A DNA stretch of 64,000 bases from Bacillota bacterium (GTDB taxonomy: Bacteria; Bacillota; Dehalobacteriia; UBA7702), in contig CAWVFN010000061.1 of NCBI GenBank assembly GCA_963928475.1, positions 7,208 through 71,207 of the forward strand, in the 5' to 3' direction. Under the pieces are notes generated by a model. The model made no database searches. It was not told where the DNA came from and worked only from the letters and a program-made list of their open reading frames with translations. The translations under genes were made by a program, and so were the position numbers. Of the stretch, positions 61,127 through 64,000 are shown piece after piece (the first letter of the stretch is position 1; every line of letters starts with the position of its first letter).

Positions 61127-61783
61127 GTGATTATGGCTTTTTGGGAAAAGCTCAAAGGTAAAAAGAAAAAACCAACATCAGTTATTTGTTCAAATGTGGA
61201 ATTCCAGGAAGCGCCCAGACCTCATGAGGCGGTAAATAAAAGCAGGGAACTAAAACAGCTTTTAGCCGGCAGGATAGAGCCTTTAGAGGCGGAAAGAGCC
61301 ATAGAAGCCTTTATTGCTGATGGCTGGGATACTGTGAATTCCCATATCCGTCCTCTGATTCTGGGACAATCTCCCGGGGCGCCTTGGGTATTAGGGAAAA
61401 TATTTTCTTTTTTCCCAGGGGAAAGCGCTGCTTATTTAGATGAGTATGAGAGTATTCCGGTAAAAATATTGTTTTTACTTATGGAAGCTGTAGGCAGAGG
61501 ACATGAGCAACAGGTAACAGCTATTTTATTGGAACTTCTGCCTCAATTAGATAAAGATGATTTACCTGAGGCTTTGGAGCTTTTAGGTAAATTTCCCACG
61601 TCTGAAGGGAATAAGAGGCTGGCTTCTTTCTTAGAGGGTGATGATTGGCGTTTGGTGGTAAAAGCCGCCTCAGCTTTGGAAAAAGCTGGAGCCTATGAAT
61701 ACCGTGATCAGATAGAGGCTTCTGCTAAAAGAGGCGGTATCATAGAGAGTTCCCTCAAGGAAATATTACAAAGGATGTCATGA
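61127..61783 (+). CDS. Hypothetical protein with possible HEAT-like repeats.
   Basis: No diagnostic motif. Good coding periodicity and translational coupling with the upstream gene. Confidence 0.4.
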   Translation: MIMAFWEKLKGKKKKPTSVICSNVEFQEAPRPHEAVNKSRELKQLLAGRIEPLEAERAIEAFIADGWDTVNSHIRPLILGQSPGAPWVLGKIFSFFPGESAAYLDEYESIPVKILFLLMEAVGRGHEQQVTAILLELLPQLDKDDLPEALELLGKFPTSEGNKRLASFLEGDDWRLVVKAASALEKAGAYEYRDQIEASAKRGGIIESSLKEILQRMS

Positions 61784-61784
61784 T

Positions 61785-62642
61785 ATGTGGTCTGATTTAG
61801 TGACAAAAATAAATGATATTCCCGGTCTTGCCAGTTTAATAACTATCGTTATTACAATTATACTGGGATTTCTAATATATAAAATAAGCTCTGGTTTAGT
61901 GAACCGCACCTTTAATAATCGTCTTTCTCAGCGTGCTGACAGTAATAATAGACGTATGACCCTGAACCATCTTATCAACAGTATCATCAAATATGTATTG
62001 GTTTTTATTGTAGCTGTGATAATTCTGGGGCAATTCGGTGTTAATGTAGCTTCTATTTTGGCTGCCGCTGGCGTTGTGGGACTGGCTGTTAGCTTTGGGG
62101 CTCAGGCTCTGGTTAAGGATGTTTTTACCGGATTCTTTATCATTCTGGAAGATCAATATAACGTAGGTGAGTACGTCTCAATTAATAATCATTTAGGTAC
62201 CGTAGCGGAGGTGGGAATCAGGATTACGAAGCTCAACGGCGCCGATGGTGAGTTATATATCATTCCCAACGGCTCCATAGTTGACGTATCTAATTATTGC
62301 CGTAATAATATCAGGGTAATAATTGATCAGGCGGTATCTTATGACAGCGATATAGACGCCGCTGAGGAGATTATGAAAAAGGCGGCAGATGAGTATTATC
62401 GGTTAAATAAGGATGATTTCGCCGAGTCTCCTTCTGTTTTAGGGGTACAGGCTTTAATGGACAGCTCTGTTACTTTACGTCTTATTGCCTATACAATACC
62501 TATGCGTCAATGGGATGTGGAACGGGGTTTGCGTAAAGCCATTAAACAAGCCCTTGATGAAGGCGGCATTAAGATTCCCTTTCCTGTTTATGAAATTATC
62601 CGGGATCCGTCTGTTGGTAATGGCGAGGAGGAAGAACAGTGA
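61785..62642 (+). CDS. MscS-family mechanosensitive channel.
   Basis: Three TM helices followed by an MscS beta-domain pattern. 285 aa. Confidence 0.75.
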   Translation: MWSDLVTKINDIPGLASLITIVITIILGFLIYKISSGLVNRTFNNRLSQRADSNNRRMTLNHLINSIIKYVLVFIVAVIILGQFGVNVASILAAAGVVGLAVSFGAQALVKDVFTGFFIILEDQYNVGEYVSINNHLGTVAEVGIRITKLNGADGELYIIPNGSIVDVSNYCRNNIRVIIDQAVSYDSDIDAAEEIMKKAADEYYRLNKDDFAESPSVLGVQALMDSSVTLRLIAYTIPMRQWDVERGLRKAIKQALDEGGIKIPFPVYEIIRDPSVGNGEEEEQ

Positions 62643-62836
62643 TAGATTTCCGCGTTGGTGACATTATTCGTTTAAAGAAACCTCATCCCTGTGGCGGTTA
62701 TGAGTGGGAGATTATCCGTTTAGGCGCTGATTTGCGCCTTAAATGTCTTACCTGCGGTCACTGTGTGATGCTGCCTCGGAGTGAGGTAGAACGGCGGCTG
62801 AAAAAAATTGTAACCACCTCCTCTGAAAAGCAATAA
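62639..62836 (+). CDS. DUF951-family small protein.
   Basis: 65 aa with GDIIRLKKPHPCG...CLTCGH. Confidence 0.6.
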   Translation: MIDFRVGDIIRLKKPHPCGGYEWEIIRLGADLRLKCLTCGHCVMLPRSEVERRLKKIVTTSSEKQ

Positions 62837-62841
62837 AACTA

Positions 62842-62870
62842 TTGCATAAAGTAAAAACATATGCTATAAT
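62842..62870 (+). promoter_or_regulatory. Sigma-70-type promoter TTGCAT-N17-TATAAT for rpsF-ssb-rpsR, followed by a structured leader.
   Basis: Read from sequence. Confidence 0.5.
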
Positions 62871-62945
62871 ATCATAGTTATCCCTGCCCCGGGAGATTTT
62901 AAAAGAATCAGGGGCCGTTAGTCCAGAGGGAGGAGGTGTTTTAGG

Positions 62946-63233
62946 ATGCGCAATTATGAAACCATGTATGTGCTTCGTCCGGAAATGGATGAGGAACAGG
63001 TAAACGCCGCGGTTGAAAAATTCTCCGGTATTATTGCCGCTAATGGTGGCGAAGTCACCAAAGTGGAACATTGGGGAAAAAGACGTTTAGCCTATGAGGT
63101 AAAAAAATTGCGGGAAGGTTATTATGTACTTTGCTATTTCACAGGCGGTACTGAACTTCCTAAAGAACTCGAAAGAAATTTCAAAATTTCTGACGAAGTT
63201 ATTAGATTCCTGGTTATCCGGGAAGGTGAATAA
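62946..63233 (+). CDS. rpsF: 30S ribosomal protein S6.
   Basis: MRNYETMYVLRPEMDEEQ N-terminus and SD GGGAGGAGG. 95 aa. Confidence 0.95.
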   Translation: MRNYETMYVLRPEMDEEQVNAAVEKFSGIIAANGGEVTKVEHWGKRRLAYEVKKLREGYYVLCYFTGGTELPKELERNFKISDEVIRFLVIREGE

Positions 63234-63250
63234 AGAAATCAGGTGTTAAT

Positions 63251-63646
63251 ATGCTTAATAGAATAGTAATAATTGGCCGTTTAACACGAGATCCGGAATT
63301 GCGTTCTACTGCCAGCGGCATACCGGTAGCTACCTTTACTTTAGCTGTGGACCGGAACTATAAGACCGCTGCCGGAGAAAAGGAAACCGATTTTATCCCT
63401 GTAGTGGTCTGGCGTCAATTAGCTGAAACCTGCGGACGTTATCTGTCCAAGGGTAAGCTGGCTGCAGTTGACGGTCGCTTGCAGATGAGAAATTATCAGG
63501 CTCAGGACGGCACCAGACGCGTAGCCGCTGAAGTAGTGGCTGAAAATGTTCGTTTCCTTTCGCCTAAAGATTCCGGTTCCGGCAGTGGCTATAATCCTGA
63601 TATGTCTGAGGTAGAAATGGCTCCCTTAGATGATATGCCCTTTTAA
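63251..63646 (+). CDS. ssb: Single-stranded DNA-binding protein.
   Basis: OB-fold N-terminus and an acidic C-terminal DDMPF tail. Confidence 0.9.
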   Translation: MLNRIVIIGRLTRDPELRSTASGIPVATFTLAVDRNYKTAAGEKETDFIPVVVWRQLAETCGRYLSKGKLAAVDGRLQMRNYQAQDGTRRVAAEVVAENVRFLSPKDSGSGSGYNPDMSEVEMAPLDDMPF

Positions 63647-63661
63647 GAAAGGAGAATTCGC

Positions 63662-63907
63662 ATGGCTGAAAGAATGTCTCGTCCCCGCGGCGGCCGCAGA
63701 GTAAGAAGAAAAGTCTGTGCCTTTTGTGTGGACAAAGTAGACTATATTGATTATAAAGATGTAAATCGCTTGAAAAAATATGTGAGCGAACGGGGTAAGA
63801 TTTTACCCAGAAGAATATCTGGTAATTGCGCTAAACACCAGAGAGCTTTGACTCTGGCGATTAAGCGCGCAAGACAGATTGCCTTATTGCCTTATACCAC
63901 AGAGTAA
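63662..63907 (+). CDS. rpsR: 30S ribosomal protein S18.
   Basis: [45 protein letters not shown]. Confidence 0.95.
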   Translation: MAERMSRPRGGRRVRRKVCAFCVDKVDYIDYKDVNRLKKYVSERGKILPRRISGNCAKHQRALTLAIKRARQIALLPYTTE

Positions 63908-63917
63908 TTGAAGTTTT

Positions 63918-63945
63918 TAAGCCCCGATTATTAATCGGGGCTTAT
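63918..63945 (+). terminator. Terminator AAGCCCCGATTA/TAATCGGGGCTT.
   Basis: Perfect 12-bp palindrome after rpsR. Confidence 0.7.
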
Positions 63946-64000
63946 CTATAATACTATAGATTGTGTATTTATGGGGAGTGATAGAGTGTCTCTCACAGAA

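Overview
This window comes from a spore-forming Firmicute. Evidence: a cotJA-cotJB-cotJC spore-coat operon, a BclA-like collagen glycoprotein, an SLH-anchored S8 protease, and the ychF ... rpsF-ssb-rpsR block typical of the origin-proximal region.

The core is a ~25 kb catabolic island (3.0-28.7 kb) containing:
- a PHP phosphoesterase and a PAS/sigma-54 enhancer-binding activator;
- an MttB-family methyltransferase with an in-frame TAG at codon 333, the position of pyrrolysine in trimethylamine methyltransferase (5659..6657 and 6703..7170 are one gene);
- two divergent APH/choline-kinase-like phosphotransferases, a membrane protein, a second MttB-family methyltransferase without TAG, and a HAD phosphatase;
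- a 16-gene ethanolamine-utilisation microcompartment operon: eutS-P-B-C-A-L-T-J-N, pduS-like, pduT-like, eutQ, eutM, an eutM-SAP/Rho-N fusion, eutE, pduL.

Five good -24/-12 (TGGCAyG-N4-TTGCA) sigma-54 promoters sit in front of the Pyl-mttB, both kinases, the second mttB and eutS. Each has AAGTC-N6-GACTT-type inverted or direct repeats 80-130 bp upstream. The same repeat overlaps the sigma-70 promoter of the activator gene. This points to a single sigma-54 regulon linking corrinoid methyltransferases, amino-alcohol kinase/phosphatase genes and the microcompartment. No EutR or EutVW regulator is present.

At the left edge, cotJC is cut after codon 33 by an element that ends in a large serine recombinase and an imperfect inverted repeat. 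This resembles a skin-like intervening element.

Other features:
- a second, divergent eutBC pair without shell genes;
- a Trp T-box leader in front of trpB2;
- a small alarmone synthetase;
- a LysR regulator with two ABC exporter genes;
- typA;
- an orphan larB;
- nhaA;
- mscS;
- a BclA-like collagen-repeat protein next to a divergent GT2 glycosyltransferase.

TAG is used as a stop only twice among ~55 genes, which fits an organism that decodes pyrrolysine. All calls are from reading the sequence by eye. No searches were run.
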